From contig CM060731.1 in NCBI GenBank assembly GCA_030704615.1, positions 79,422,001 through 79,486,000 of the forward strand: a stretch of 64,000 nt of DNA, written 5' to 3'. A model generated the notes under the pieces. That model saw nothing but the letters and a program-made list of their open reading frames with translations. It was not told where the DNA came from and did no database searches. Position numbers and translations under genes: made by a program. Shown piece by piece: positions 12,158-24,429 of this stretch; the stretch's first letter is position 1, and each line of letters begins with the position of its first letter. Source of the stretch: Takakia lepidozioides (taxonomy: Eukaryota; Plantae; Bryophyta).

Positions 12158-12703
12158 CGTTCGCAACCAATAAAAGTAAAATTGCACAATCAAGAAGTTG
12201 GAAGCTCGGATATTTTACAACAGCATCAAGTGTATGTCCAACGTTGAGAGATGTGGAAATCCAACAAGGTTGTGGAATTCTCATGTGGGCTAATTTGAGC
12301 AACGACGGCCTGTCTGAAATGACATGTCGCCGCCTCTCCATACATGTATCCGATGGTGGCATTGCAGTATTGGCGTGAAACATATTACCACTTGGAAGTT
12401 GATCCAAACTATTGTTGGTTTCATCCGTATGACAAACATTTTCCATCCATGTGCAGCTTAATAATTATAGATCGTCGATCTTAAACGTGACCACTTGCCA
12501 TTTTACAGCCTATCCTGACTTTGACGGAGTCCAACTTGTCAGAAGGACAAGTAGCTCAATGTAGTCGAAGAGGGTTCTCATGATATGCCCCCGACATCCT
12601 ACAGGTGAGCCCGCATTTATTTGGATCCAGACTTGCACCATCGACGTGGGCCTTGTCAGACCTTATGCATATCTTAGAGAATCGTCGAGAGCACGCCAAC
12701 ACC
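12158..12703. repeat. ~545-bp dispersed repeat, copy 1 (copy 2 at 50429-50968)
   Basis: Direct alignment; ORFs 12057-12446 and 50289-50717 share most of their translation. Confidence 0.9.
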
Positions 12704-13289
12704 GACACACCGAACACCACATGTAAGTTTGCGCATTAGGTTGTATTAAATGTGTGTGATGCACAAGTGACCTTATATAATTAGTCACGCACCATATCTT
12801 TCCACAACCCACATGGCTGTACAACTTCATCTAGCATTGTGTACATGTAAAACAAAGCTCTAGATCTTGCCATATTTCTGTTCGACGTACTAGAGTGCGG
12901 CCAAGTCAAACAAGCTTGAGATCAATTCCGATCCAAACAATTGCATGTATTGAGTAGCTAGATGTGCACGCCTCTTTTCTAATCCATCATATTGCTCCTA
13001 ATTCCCGAACAAGAATTTGCTTAGAAAATACCAGAGGTGGTCGTACGTGGGTCTACGTCGGACCACATGCCCCATATATTTTGTTGAACATTCAACATAT
13101 CTCTAGCTATAATCGCTTGAAAGTTCTATAAAACAACCACCCCGGCCACCTACTAGCATGTCGCACCCACCCACAGTTCATATCATGGCCCACCCCCAAA
13201 AACGGGGCAATATCAGCCGAAAATGCAAAGTGCAGGTTCTTATGTACGGCGCCCGTGGCCGAAGTCGTGTCTCTCCGCTATATGAAATG

Positions 13290-13440
13290 CATTCTCTCCA
13301 TTGGAGTGCACACCGCAAGATGCTCAAGAAAGGTTTTGTTAGGGAGGCTGTTTGAGATTTATCATGAACACGCGGTACATGAGGCAGTGAGGCCCAACGA
13401 TATCACATTCATGTCTATTCTAGAGGCATGGCCAATGTAG
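13290..13440 (+). pseudogene. PPR-motif gene fragment
   Basis: ..EAVRPNDITFMSILEA(W) resembles the PLS-type PPR motif (V.PN.ITF+S+L.AC). Confidence 0.45.
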
Positions 13441-13479
13441 GCTCGCCGGAGAAAAGGTTTATAATTTAACGTAAGGCCT

Positions 13480-14150
13480 CAGATAGGGCTAAAAGTTATG
13501 CAGATAAGAAACGCACTTTCATGGAATTCAAGGTGGGGGACAAAGTGTTTCTATTGATACCCATCACCTTCACCTACCCTTGTGAAAGGGAAAGGTAAGA
13601 AGAAAAGTACGTGAGAAGTTATCTCCTCGAGGTATTGCGGACCTTGGTTGATTATGAAACGCATTAACGATGCTGCATATAAGCTAGAGCTTCCAGAGTC
13701 ATGTAAGATACATCCAGTGTTTCATGTTAGCAAGCTTAAGAGGTATTTACATGATGGGGACAATTTGATAGAATGAACTATACTTTTACAAGTTCTACTT
13801 GGGCCGGAGAGTGACCGACACGGACCTCCGCGGATTTTGGACAGATTTAGAGAACGCACATTGCGCAGTCGTCTCATCAAGGAGTGTTTGGTTGCATGGC
13901 ACGGGCTTCCTTTGACCGATGCTACTTGGGGGTCTGAGCAGACACTAAGACAGAATTACCCAGACTTTCTCATTGAGGACAATGACCAAGCTTTGAAGGG
14001 GTAGAGAATGTCACAGCCTAGATTAGCAAAAGTCAGTTACATGGGCTTAAGCGAGCCATAAATAGTAAGAATATAAGAAAGGCTTCAAGCAAAGCCATAT
14101 ACAGGAAAAACCTATGTGTAGACTGAAGCAAAGTCAGAATTGTCCAATGG
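13480..14150 (+). mobile_element. Chromovirus 3' relic: integrase tail, chromodomain, PPT and start of LTR (TG at 14009)
   Basis: YADKKRTFMEFKVGDKVFL; AYKLELPESCKIHPVFHVSKLK; LVAWHGLPLTDATW; GAAGGGGTAGAGAA|TGTCACA; right end approximate. Confidence 0.8.
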
Positions 14151-14619
14151 TTAAGAAAAATCACGCTTGTTTTTATTATTTTTAAAACGTGTTTTGCAAG
14201 TCAATGTGTGGAAACATAAACCTTGGATATATGCCGTTCGTTTAGGGAATTTGGGACCAAATTGACTGAGTCCGAATGTCTTGTCGAGTCTCCAACAATT
14301 ACAAAAATGAACATACTTTGATTTTATATACAATAAGAAACAAATAATCTAGTATATAAGCTCTAAAACTTTGGCACATTTTTAGATCACACAAACATTG
14401 TGCCTAAACTAAACAATCTCCAAAATCCAATAATCCAGTTTAGGCTCTAAATAGAAGCTCGCCATTACGAGGGGGAAAAAATAAATAAAACACACCTTCG
14501 AATCCGTTAGCGGGTCCTACACTTGTGTACAAATTTTTTTACATCATACATTTGAAGATCATCTACATGTTAATTGCAATTTATCTTCTATTAAAACCAA
14601 GTAGCACACATTTGAGCCC

Positions 14620-15327
14620 TTATGCATCTGACCATGTGATGTCCATCCATCCGTAGCGATTGTCGTCGGAACCCACTCCGAGAGCCTTCCACACTGTGGG
14701 GGATGCATCGACGTCATTGTTGATGCAAGGTGGTTGATAATCGTGATCTGCGTCGCAACCATGCATGGAATCGCATTCGTCGACCACCATGGCTCGCACG
14801 CTCTTCCCATTTCCGTGTATGGTGATATGATTGCCGCAACGGCTACCTCCATTGTACCAACCCGTTGAAAGAGCAACCACGAGTGTGGAATCCGAATGAT
14901 AATGATTATCACACTCTGATGCGGCGCCTCCTGAACCCCCTTTTTGAAAACTGTTGAGGGTTAGAATGGCAGAATTTGTACTTGGTGAACACGTGTAGGT
15001 AGCATATTGTTTGCCTGTCTTGCAACATTCGGAACTCTGCGCTGTGTTGCAACCGTTCGGTAGGTTATTGGGACCTATGAGATAGCCGGCCAACCTACAA
15101 GAATGATCGGATCCCTCTCCTGGAGATGACGTGGGAGGTGAACTACATATTTGGGTGCCCACTTTAGGATCGTCGTTGCATTTATTGGCCATGCATGCAA
15201 GCTGGCCACTGCAATCATCGTCACTAGTGCACGATGTTCCGCAACCACTTTGAGCAACTGCAGAGTTCGTAACAAGGTTGCCTACCAGTATAACTAGAGC
15301 TAGAACAGAACGTGAAAGATTGGCCAT
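14620..15327 (-). CDS. Kiwellin / ripening-related protein with N-terminal kissper domain, secreted, intronless, 235 aa
   Basis: Hydrophobic signal peptide [19 protein letters not shown]; kissper [25 protein letters not shown]; [57 protein letters not shown]. Confidence 0.95.
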   Translation of the reverse strand: MANLSRSVLALVILVGNLVTNSAVAQSGCGTSCTSDDDCSGQLACMANKCNDDPKVGTQICSSPPTSSPGEGSDHSCRLAGYLIGPNNLPNGCNTAQSSECCKTGKQYATYTCSPSTNSAILTLNSFQKGGSGGAASECDNHYHSDSTLVVALSTGWYNGGSRCGNHITIHGNGKSVRAMVVDECDSMHGCDADHDYQPPCINNDVDASPTVWKALGVGSDDNRYGWMDITWSDA

Positions 15328-16597
15328 TCTTGTATTCTTCTTCCGAGCTACTACTTGCTTAAGATCGTGTATATGTATGCGGAGGGAGCCGAGTTTGAGA
15401 TGTGAAAGGTGGATGTGATCAAGTCTAATCAAGCGAGTAAAAAAACGTCATGTTTTCAACGAGTAATTAAGTACAGAGTCGTTGCTTCTTTCCACATGGG
15501 TTTGTGACTCATAAACAAAAGATGTTGACATGGCGTTGACAGCTACAAACATATATTACTCACGGCAAGTAAGTTGTATAAGCAATATATATTCTACAAA
15601 ACAAGCACAAAACCAGTAATGAGCACAAATGAATGTCGGTTCGATGCTCGGGGGGTGGATTAAAGAGATATTGGCTAGTGCATGCCTTATATACATAACC
15701 TCGGCACACCCTTAGAATTTTCAGAAGACATGAGATGTTGCTTCCTAGATGGCTGCAACTTTGGAATCACGTTGCAGCCGATCAACTTTGACCCATAAAT
15801 TGAATTTTCCAGCAGGGTAGGTTACTATATTTATAATAGCCAAGTCTACATACAGTTAAGCACGAACTTACAATGATGTCGAGACTATGCCATGTTTTCC
15901 GTAAAGAATTTGCCGACTGTTTTAAAACTTAATGTAAAATACAAGGTCGGGGCCATCGTCGCTGCATATCCTCACCATGGTTTCCTTTCATGTGTCTCCA
16001 AACTGTGAAGCCTTCGTGGAGCAATTGGATCGAACCAGTTTATTTCATGCCTAGTGGGTTGATGGCAAGGTGGACGTCATTTTGCACACCACACAATCCC
16101 TTATTAAGGTCTCCAGAGCTCTCACAAGTTTACAGAAGTTTGCAAGTTAAACAAGTCAGAAGCTGTCATGTTTCAGCAATATTACCTCGCTGTTGGGAAG
16201 TATGTGATGTGCGGCCCTTCACGAGCACCTACCCTGTTCCATGGAAGTACTAATAATGCTGGGATACTGCAGTAAAATGGAATTCCAAATCTGCTCCAAA
16301 TTTGCTAAATGAGGGAGGCTGCATATGACACATTCTAAACCCATAATCACATTGCACATATACCATTTCGAAACATGATGCAAGACACGACCAATGTAGC
16401 CACATGCAAATGGACGTCCTCTTTATCAGCCACTTCTCCCAAGACTTGCCATGGAAACGACATCACCATATGCCTACAAAACATAATCATCTTTTTCCAT
16501 AAGTTCCTACCATTCCCAGAGAGACAGTGCGATTGTACTCTCATGCACCGATGGTCGGAACTTTGCCAGGAAGGCGACACCATTAGCGAAATCACTG

Positions 16598-17265
16598 CTA
16601 ATAAGTAGACACGCCAGTACATGCAGTGCCCGTCGTCACAACACTTTCGGCGTCCGACACATGGTCGTCGTTGCAGTGACGTTCGTTTACAGTTTCCCAC
16701 TTGACGAGCTTGTAATCCCATTCATACTCAGGAAGGACGACTTGCACATGTTGCGAAGGCCTTGCCCACTCCAAGAAACGATGATCCCAACGGAAAATCT
16801 CAATATGATGTTGAAGTGGGTTTGCTTTCCAGTCTGGCTGTACACAAATGAAGGCAATGGGTCGCATTCTAGAAATGTCCAATTGCGACATGAATGAAAC
16901 AGCAAGGGATCCTAGCCGAAAAGCGTGGGGGCTGACAAAGCAGTGTATTCAAACACGGTCAGAACGATGAACTGCTCATTCTCAACACCCGGATCTGCTC
17001 CCATAATCCATGGTCCCCAATTCTCCCCGGGCACGCCATAAAACCTGCAACGCAGAACAACCGTGTTTGCTGACCTTGCCAATGCATCGTCTTCAGTATA
17101 ATAGAACCCCTTGATACGAATCTGCCCTCCACTTAAATTGACGACAATATCTCCAGCCATGGGTCTGTCTCTTGGAAGAGTAAGCTTGTCCATTCTAGAC
17201 AATCTATCAGCAACAAGCGGAGTTGCCCTCGCCAAGTCCATATTTTGCGGCAGGGGAAACGGCAA
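16598..17265 (-). pseudogene. Unknown Trp-rich protein, copy 1 (paralog of 21465-22092)
   Basis: RFYGVPGENWGPWIMGADP..NEQFIV and QPDWKANPL..FRWD..PEYEWDYK align with copy 2. Confidence 0.6.
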
Positions 17266-17710
17266 GGAATGACGAACGTCGCAATAAAAAGCAACGACAG
17301 CACCTCTGCGGTGTGGCGGAATCGTGCATGTGCGTAAGACATCCGTGACATGAATGAGATGGGGGAGGCGGAGTTATGACGCCTTCCATGTCCGCCCCAC
17401 CACTGCAGCTAGCGAGCAATGGGGATTTATGCTGGGATTGTGGCGCCGGAGAAAATTATAGCAAATACGCGTGCCATGTACTGCAAACGAGAAGGTGCAC
17501 ATGACTAACTATTGTGGTTTCATTCATCCATTGTTGATTTCATTAATGTCATGTGCGGCAGAGGCGCCGAAATCGTTCACCAAGAATGAGGAAGGTTGCG
17601 GCCATTATGTGGTGTTGTGCAATGCATGCAACAGATGTGGTCGGCCATGTTGTCCCAAACGTGCGAACAGAGGTGTGGCCTCCACATTTCTAATCACACT
17701 ACATTGTCAA

Positions 17711-20700
17711 TGTTAGAAACTTTTCCGCGAACGCGCTTTCGCTCGTACATGTGGAGTCGTTTAGCGTATTTGTAGTCTTGCTGCGCTCCCTCCAGAGTCC
17801 CGCCCACATTCTCCTCTTGCAGGCAGGTCGTCGTCACACAATTTCGACAATGTCTGCTGCACCATCTGTGTCGCGCACCTCACTTCGGTAAGCTCCCCCC
17901 TCAAGTCATAGTTACTCACTTGATGCGCGCGCCTAACTCCCAACCTGGCCGCCGGGCCAACTTGGAGCTCCGGTTGCTCACCGGGGCATAACGGTCCCCC
18001 TTTGATCTCCCAAAGAACCCTCCAATGATTTGGAACCAGCGGAATTCCCTTTGGTAGTTGGCAGTCTGGAACAGCTCCCCACTCTTTGGTCGCTTTCCGG
18101 CTCGCTCGCTTACTCACTAGTTTTTGGTCACCAACGGGCTTGCACCGTTCTCGGGGTTACTACTCCCTATATATACTTCTGTAGCTGTCCGCGGGGGTTT
18201 CACAAACAACCATGCCATTTTATGGCGAACCACCACGAACACCCTCGACTCCCGGTGATGAGTCGCGGTGAGTCTTGGCCCACCCACCACCGCCCCTATG
18301 GACCGTGATGAGTCCCAAGACTCCCCACGACTCCCACCACGAGGTCTCCGCCCCATGGTGAGTCCTATGCCACCCCCACTAAGTCCCGCTAAGCTACCAC
18401 CACCCCTTGTGGAGCCACCCCCACCGCAACCCGGTGTGCGGGGCTCCACCTAGTGAGCGCCTCCGCCTCCTTGAGTGCTTTGGGCACTCAAGGGTGCTTC
18501 AGCCCCCCATACCTATCGCTGCCACTGCCCCCACCACAGGGGCAACCCCTCTTGTGTCCCGACCCCCTGCCCTCAAGGCAAAGGGTCGCGACACACACCC
18601 CTACCAAAAGGGAGTCGATGTCCTCATCGGCTTGTCCATTTTGTGGAAACGAACATCCAAGTTGTGGCGTCCCACATCAAAGGAGTTTGTTTCCGTAACA
18701 TGGCGTCCCATGGCAAAGAACCAAACCCCACACTTGACTCTACTCTCCACTAGCTAGTTCGGCCGACTTCCTCCAAGTCCCGGCCAAGGGTGGAGCCTCT
18801 CAAGCTCCTCCCAGTGCACTCTTCTTGGCCTACTTCAAGGCCAAGGAACGATCCTCCCCGAGGATCGAATTGCCTTACTGCAACAACATTGCTTGCGACC
18901 GCTCATGATGCCGCTTTTGGCATCACCTTGAGCAAGGGTTCACCTCGAACCCTCTTTGACTAGGAAGATAACCTTGAACCAACCGCGCGCCCCAATCACT
19001 ACAATTGGGTCCGCCTTGGAATGCTGGCCTGAGGTACGGGAACACGCCGAAGCCGCACTTCGACTTCGTCCCGAGGCTACACGATTATAATACGTGAACG
19101 GAAGCACGTAGCTTCCGCGTTAGCCCACACTACAAAGCAACCCCCTCGGTAGCGCAGTTATAGTATGCGCACGCGCCAGGTGCGCACTAACACGTGAACT
19201 CCTAAAGAAGGCGCAAGTTTCCTTGCCCCTTGGATGGGAGTCACCCGATTTCGGCACTGCGCAAACACACGATTAACCCAATTTACCTCTCCCACTTTTG
19301 TAAGCTAGCATGCATTCTACACATTAGCCAACCACACCATGCATCACCATTCCAAACAAAATAGGACGCACAACATTTGGAACCCATTTCCTTTATAACA
19401 ATTTTTTGTACAATACAAGTTTTTGCAATCGGATTCCTAAGTTAGCTAAACCGGGCTAAGCATGCATTTCCTCCCCCACGCTCCAAGGTTGATGTCCCCA
19501 TCAACGCTTCTTCCACTTTTGAGGTCGCCCTTCGAAAACTGCAACCGCCTCGGATGCGTTTCCCATTTCTGAGGCACGCACCCAAGATGCCTCCACATGA
19601 TGATAGCCCTTCCATTTGACGAAATACTCTGTTTCTCGGTTCTTGAACCTCCTCGACTTAAGTACTGCCTCCACCTCGTACTCAGGTTCATTTTCATGAT
19701 CCAACAGCACAGGTGGCGGACGCAACACTTGATGCCGATTAGGACGCGCTTCATCTTTGAAGTAAGGCTTCAAAAGGGAGACGTGGAATACTGGATGCAC
19801 CTTGTTGTTTGCCGGCAGCTCCAATTCATACACATCCTCATTCATAACCTTCCGGATGCGAAAGGGTCCCGCATACGGAGGTACGAACTTTGGACTCACT
19901 TCCAGAGGTAGTCGGAAATTCTTGATGTTCAACCAGACCTCCGTGCCTGCCTCAAACTTCACTTCCCTCCGCTTCCGATTCGCCTGCCTTTCATACCGTT
20001 TCCTAGCTTTGGCAATGTTGTACTTTGCGAGCTTCAACAAACGCTCGCATTCTTCCAGTACCGCCGCTACTGCCGGTTCCTCAACGTCCTGGGCGGCCCA
20101 ACTTGTCGGCACCAAAGGTGCTTTTCCATAGACCAATACGAAAGGGGAAACTCCCGTTGCGGAGTGTTCTGTGTTATTATAACAGAACTCTACCGCGTCT
20201 AAGTGTTCCGCCCAGTCTGTTTGGTCTGCCGACACGTAATTCCGCAAGATCTGCTTCACTACGGAATTCACTCTTTCTGTTTGGCCGTCGGTCGTAGGTC
20301 AGAAGGCGGTGCTCATCTTCAGTCTCGTCCCCATCTTCTTCCAAAGTGCCCTCCAAAATTTACTCGTAAACTTTGGATCGCGGTCCGAGACAATATCCTT
20401 CGGGACTCCATGATGCTTTAAGACGTGGGCGAAGTAAAGTCACCCTGTTTCCTGTGTCGTTGCCGTCTCCTTGGTGGGGATGAAATGGCCCATTTTACTG
20501 AACCTATCTACCACCACCATGATTGCATCGAATCCTTTTGACAGCGGCATAGCAGTCATGAAATCCATTGAGACGCTTTCCCTTCCCGCAATTTCTGGAA
20601 CACCCTTTTGAGGTGCTCCAGGTGCTCCTCCTTTGTTTTCAAATACACCAAGATGTCGTCGATGTACACGATCACAAAGTCATCCAACCACTCCTGGAAA

Positions 20701-20870
20701 AGGTTGTTCATCAGCGTGCTAAAGGTCGCGGGAGCGTTGGTGAGTCCAAAAGGCATCACCAAGAACTCATATGAACCATACCTTGTCTTGCACGCGGTCT
20801 TCTCTTCATCTCCTTCCGCCACTCGAATTTGATGATAGCCGGAGCGCAGATCGATCCGGCTGAAATACTT
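17711..20870 (-). mobile_element. Internally deleted, 5'-truncated chromovirus: RT fragment joined to integrase, chromodomain, PPT, long GC-rich 3' LTR (~17711-19466)
   Basis: [13 protein letters not shown]; ESVSMDF, EFCYNN, GPFRI; EYEVEAVL..EYFVKWKGY..ASW; GGGGGAGGAAA|TGCATG at 19466; LTR distal end at 17711 (..CTAACA) tentative. Confidence 0.8.
19501..20271 (-). CDS. Integrase C-terminal half + chromodomain
   Basis: Motifs as above, open for 256 codons. Confidence 0.85.
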   Translation of the reverse strand: MNSVVKQILRNYVSADQTDWAEHLDAVEFCYNNTEHSATGVSPFVLVYGKAPLVPTSWAAQDVEEPAVAAVLEECERLLKLAKYNIAKARKRYERQANRKRREVKFEAGTEVWLNIKNFRLPLEVSPKFVPPYAGPFRIRKVMNEDVYELELPANNKVHPVFHVSLLKPYFKDEARPNRHQVLRPPPVLLDHENEPEYEVEAVLKSRRFKNRETEYFVKWKGYHHVEASWVRASEMGNASEAVAVFEGRPQKWKKR

Positions 20871-21089
20871 GGATCCCTCTCCTGGAGATGACGTGGGAGG
20901 TGAACTACATATTTGGGTGCCCACTTTAGGATCGTCGTTGCATTTATTGGCCATGCATGCAAGCTGGCCACTGCAATCATCGTCACTAGTGCACGATGTT
21001 CCGCAACCACTTTGAGCAACTGCAGAGTTCGTAACAAGGTTGCCTACCAGTATAACTAGAGCTAGAACAGAACGTGAAAGATTGGCCAT
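20556..21089 (-). CDS. Chimeric ORF: kiwellin signal peptide + kissper fused in frame to gypsy RT fragment (177 aa)
   Basis: ..SSPGEGS|[21 protein letters not shown]; junction at GGATCC. Confidence 0.8.
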   Translation of the reverse strand: MANLSRSVLALVILVGNLVTNSAVAQSGCGTSCTSDDDCSGQLACMANKCNDDPKVGTQICSSPPTSSPGEGSKYFSRIDLRSGYHQIRVAEGDEEKTACKTRYGSYEFLVMPFGLTNAPATFSTLMNNLFQEWLDDFVIVYIDDILVYLKTKEEHLEHLKRVFQKLREGKASQWIS

Positions 21090-21464
21090 TCTTGTATTCT
21101 TCTTCCGAGCTACTACTTGCTTAAGATCGTGTATATGTATGCGGAGGGAGCCGAGTTTGAGATGTGAAAGGTGGATGTGATCAAGTCTAATCAAGCGAGT
21201 AAAAAAACGTCATGTTTTCAACGAGTAATTAAGTACAGAGTCGTTGCTTCTTTCCACATGGGTTGGTGACTCATAAACAAAAGATGTTGACATGGCGTTG
21301 ACAGCTACAAACATATATTACTCACGGCAAGTAAGTTGTATAAGCAATATATATTCTACAAAACAAGCACAAAACCAGTAATGAGCACAAATGAATGTCG
21401 GTTCGATGCTCGGGGGGTGGATTAAAGAGATATTGGCTAGTGCATGCCTTATATACATAACCTC
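20871..21464. repeat. 594-bp duplicate of 15109-15702 (kiwellin 5' CDS and upstream region)
   Basis: One mismatch seen by eye (gggtttgtg vs gggttggtg). Confidence 0.95.
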
Positions 21465-22092
21465 TTCTCCTTCAGCAATTTCGATGTCCAGGCTGATCGA
21501 CATGGATTCATTGGTGCAGTCTAAATCGCCTCTCTCTGGCGATTTCTTGATCTATGCTGATGCATGCGAACAGATCGTGCGCTGGGTTTGCTTTTGACAC
21601 TCTGGAAGAGAGGACCTGGCGAAATCCCCCAACTGCGTCGTTGTGCGTTTCCGGTTCTACGGTGTTCCAGGAATGCAGTGGGGGCCCCAGATGCTGGGAC
21701 TTGATCCAGAATCACCAAACGACCAGTTTGTTGTTGTGACATTGCTCCATTGGGCAAGCGACAAATGGGTTGAGACCAAAATTCTCGATCGTATGCCTCG
21801 TGATCCCCATGTCGACCCCCTGCAGGTGGTGAGGCCCAAGACATGCCCTGGCGATTTGTGTTGCACGATCGCAGGAGGGGATATGGTGGTAACGTTCGCC
21901 TCCACCATACAACTGCAGCACAACATGTCAAGCATGTTCTTCCATGTCATTCCCCGGTGGAGGGAGAACCCGCTGATTCAGGACGTGCGATTGTGGCGAT
22001 GGGACATGGACACACGAAGCTGGAAGAAAGGATTGGGAGTGGAGACAACCACCGTACCTACGTATGCTTGGGACTTCAAGAATATCGACTAG
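21465..22092 (+). pseudogene. Unknown Trp-rich protein, copy 2, 5'-truncated by the kiwellin duplicate
   Basis: RFYGVPGMQWGPQMLGLDP..NDQFVV; IPRWRENPL..WRWD..PTYAWDFK. Confidence 0.6.
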
Positions 22093-23007
22093 CTTTCAGA
22101 CTGAGGGTGTTTGTCGTCTTTCCCCGATGGTGTTGGGCATGCCCTGGTTAGGTTCATGTAGCCTAAATCTTGTTATCGTGACATGGACAGTTTAATATCT
22201 TGTGTTGCAAGTGCGCCAGACATTTTGGGATAAATTTATATGGCTTCTTGTCTGGTTCGTGCATACGGGTTTTCACTGTAGGCATGGGGTATAACAGTTC
22301 TCTTCTGTTGTGCGGGTCTTCCTTCATGTATGCCAATGACTGATGCTTTCAAATCCCTCCATGTACGTGTTGTGGCAAAGAAGAATGTTCATTATGCACC
22401 GATTTGCAGACTTGCATGCTACTGCTGGACAGTGAAGGGGATCTATTAAGATTAGAAAACACACACCCATCTTCATTTGTGTCTAGGGATTCCAGTGGAA
22501 CATACTTTGTCGTGTGCGTATCTTATATGATATAGGGAGCATGGGTGTAAACTTTAAACGCATGCAATGCATAAATTGGCCTAACCCGCACAATGTCCAA
22601 TTCAGATGCAGTATATGAAAACGATGACAATGCACATTATGCACCAATTTGCAGAATTGCATGGTACCCCCCCCCACCCTGAAGGGGATCTGCAGATAAT
22701 GGAAAAAGTGAAGTGCATTTCTTGAGTGACTACAACTGAACTTCCTTCTGTGTATACATCATTCAATCACATAGGCATACTTCTGACCTGTAATGCAAAG
22801 TCGTGCAGGCATACCACTGTCCTATAATGCAAAGTCCCCATCTGGAAATGGAGTTCGAAGGCTCAGTTACTTTATTTTTGAAGGACAGTACATGCCACAG
22901 GAGAGTTCTTATTCATCATCGCGCAACAACACAAAGGAGGCTACACAGGATCAGTACAGAGTAGTCCGGCCTGCGCCATACTGACACGTGCAAGGTAATT
23001 ATGAGGT

Positions 23008-24033
23008 CTACACTGGCAACATGAAAAGAGGAGTGTCCTCCCCGTCAGGAACTGCACTCTTCACAACATGGGGCAGCCCATGTGGAGTAAGGCCTTTCAA
23101 CTCCTTGTCCACCATAGATTGCATTTCAACCCTCTTCTACAAAGCATCCTCCACAGGAAACCAGGCGTTGTCCAGTTGCACATTACAAATGAGCATATAA
23201 ACAAACAGGAGACACGGGTGTAAACATATATAATATAGACAGTTTGCACATGATGGGGTGGTCAAAACTGGTGCATACCTGAACAGCCCCATTTGGACGA
23301 CGGTTCACAAATGTTTGATCGAGGTACAGGTCAATGTAGTGGATAGAAAAGAACCCACACTCCCAAATGGAATCCTGCTGGGGGATAGAAGGTCTCAACC
23401 ATCGGGCTGTGGACGTTGCCCACTTCCATTCAGGTGAAGTTGGGATGAGGCCATGTAGCACAGCCCACATTTTGGCAACATCAGAGCGGAGGCTAGGATC
23501 CGCATGAAAGCTTTTGATGGAGTTCAGATGCAGGTACCTGTGCGCCTCCATAATAAGGACGCTCCAGTGACAACTACACAAACACTTCGTCATTAATATC
23601 ATGCATGCACACATGGGTGGAGAAACAGTGAATGGGACATGGTGGAAAATGGCTTGGGAGGTTAATGAACTTACTCCAAGTACACAGGTATAATTAGAGC
23701 TTCTATGCCAAAGACCGTCTGCGGCCGGAAACGTGCCTTCGTCCATGAAAGAATGGACTCAAGATCACTGCCATGCATCAAACAATGCTCACGTAGTCCA
23801 ATCATCGCAAAGGAATGTAAAGCAAGGTATTTACTTGAAACACATTGAGGGAGAGATAAGCCTTTTGAGGCAATCCAAAAATCAATCATCCTATCACTAG
23901 TCCAACCCCTTGGGTTCAGAAGATCGTCTATATCGTCAAGGCGCAGTGGCACTTGCTTAGGCATGACATTTGTGAAGAACCAGACATCGGTGCTTCTCCT
24001 ACGCATTTCTCCATGTGCTTTCTTGCAAAACAA
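23008..24033 (-). pseudogene. Ulp1/SENP-like (peptidase C48) protease, copy a, multi-exon
   Basis: LRLDDIDDLLNPRGWTSDRMIDFW; HWSVLI..HLNS; PQQDSIWECGFF (His, Gln and Cys motifs; N at the usual Asp position); in-frame stop in the last exon. Confidence 0.75.
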
Positions 24034-24429
24034 TTACAGTATGAGGAAAAGTTGTTCCCGATGTGGTGGTCGTTACAGAACTGCATAGCACACAATATTC
24101 CTGCAGCAAAAGCTCTCCATTTCACAAAAAAAGCACAAAATACATTGGGAAGCCCCCAGGAAAAATGTTGGATACTTGTGGGTAGAATTATGGCGTTCTT
24201 ACACCACAACACAGATGCAAAGTATACCATGTGAATGGAAGAAAAATGGGGTTGATGACGTTGTTGGACTCACAGTACGGCCTCCATGCCTTCATGCAAA
24301 CTGCACACACAAACCCGGGATACAAATGTTAGTCTACATGGTGCATTTGTGTGAATTGACTGTAATTGAGAGATAGCACATAGGAACTACTCATGTCATG
24401 TAATGAAGGTCCCTCACATATACCTGCTA

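Noticed and set aside
12057-12446. MENVCHTDE.. ORF (also 50289-50717) as a real gene
   Set aside because: The C-termini run into different retroelement sequences and no domain is recognisable; similarity simply reflects the DNA repeat
15328-15432. 35-aa N-terminal extension of the kiwellin ORF in the ORF track
   Set aside because: Non-ATG start; the ATG at 15327 directly opens a signal peptide
17761-18757. Pro/Gly-rich ORFs
   Set aside because: They lie within the inferred GC-rich LTR and show no domain motifs
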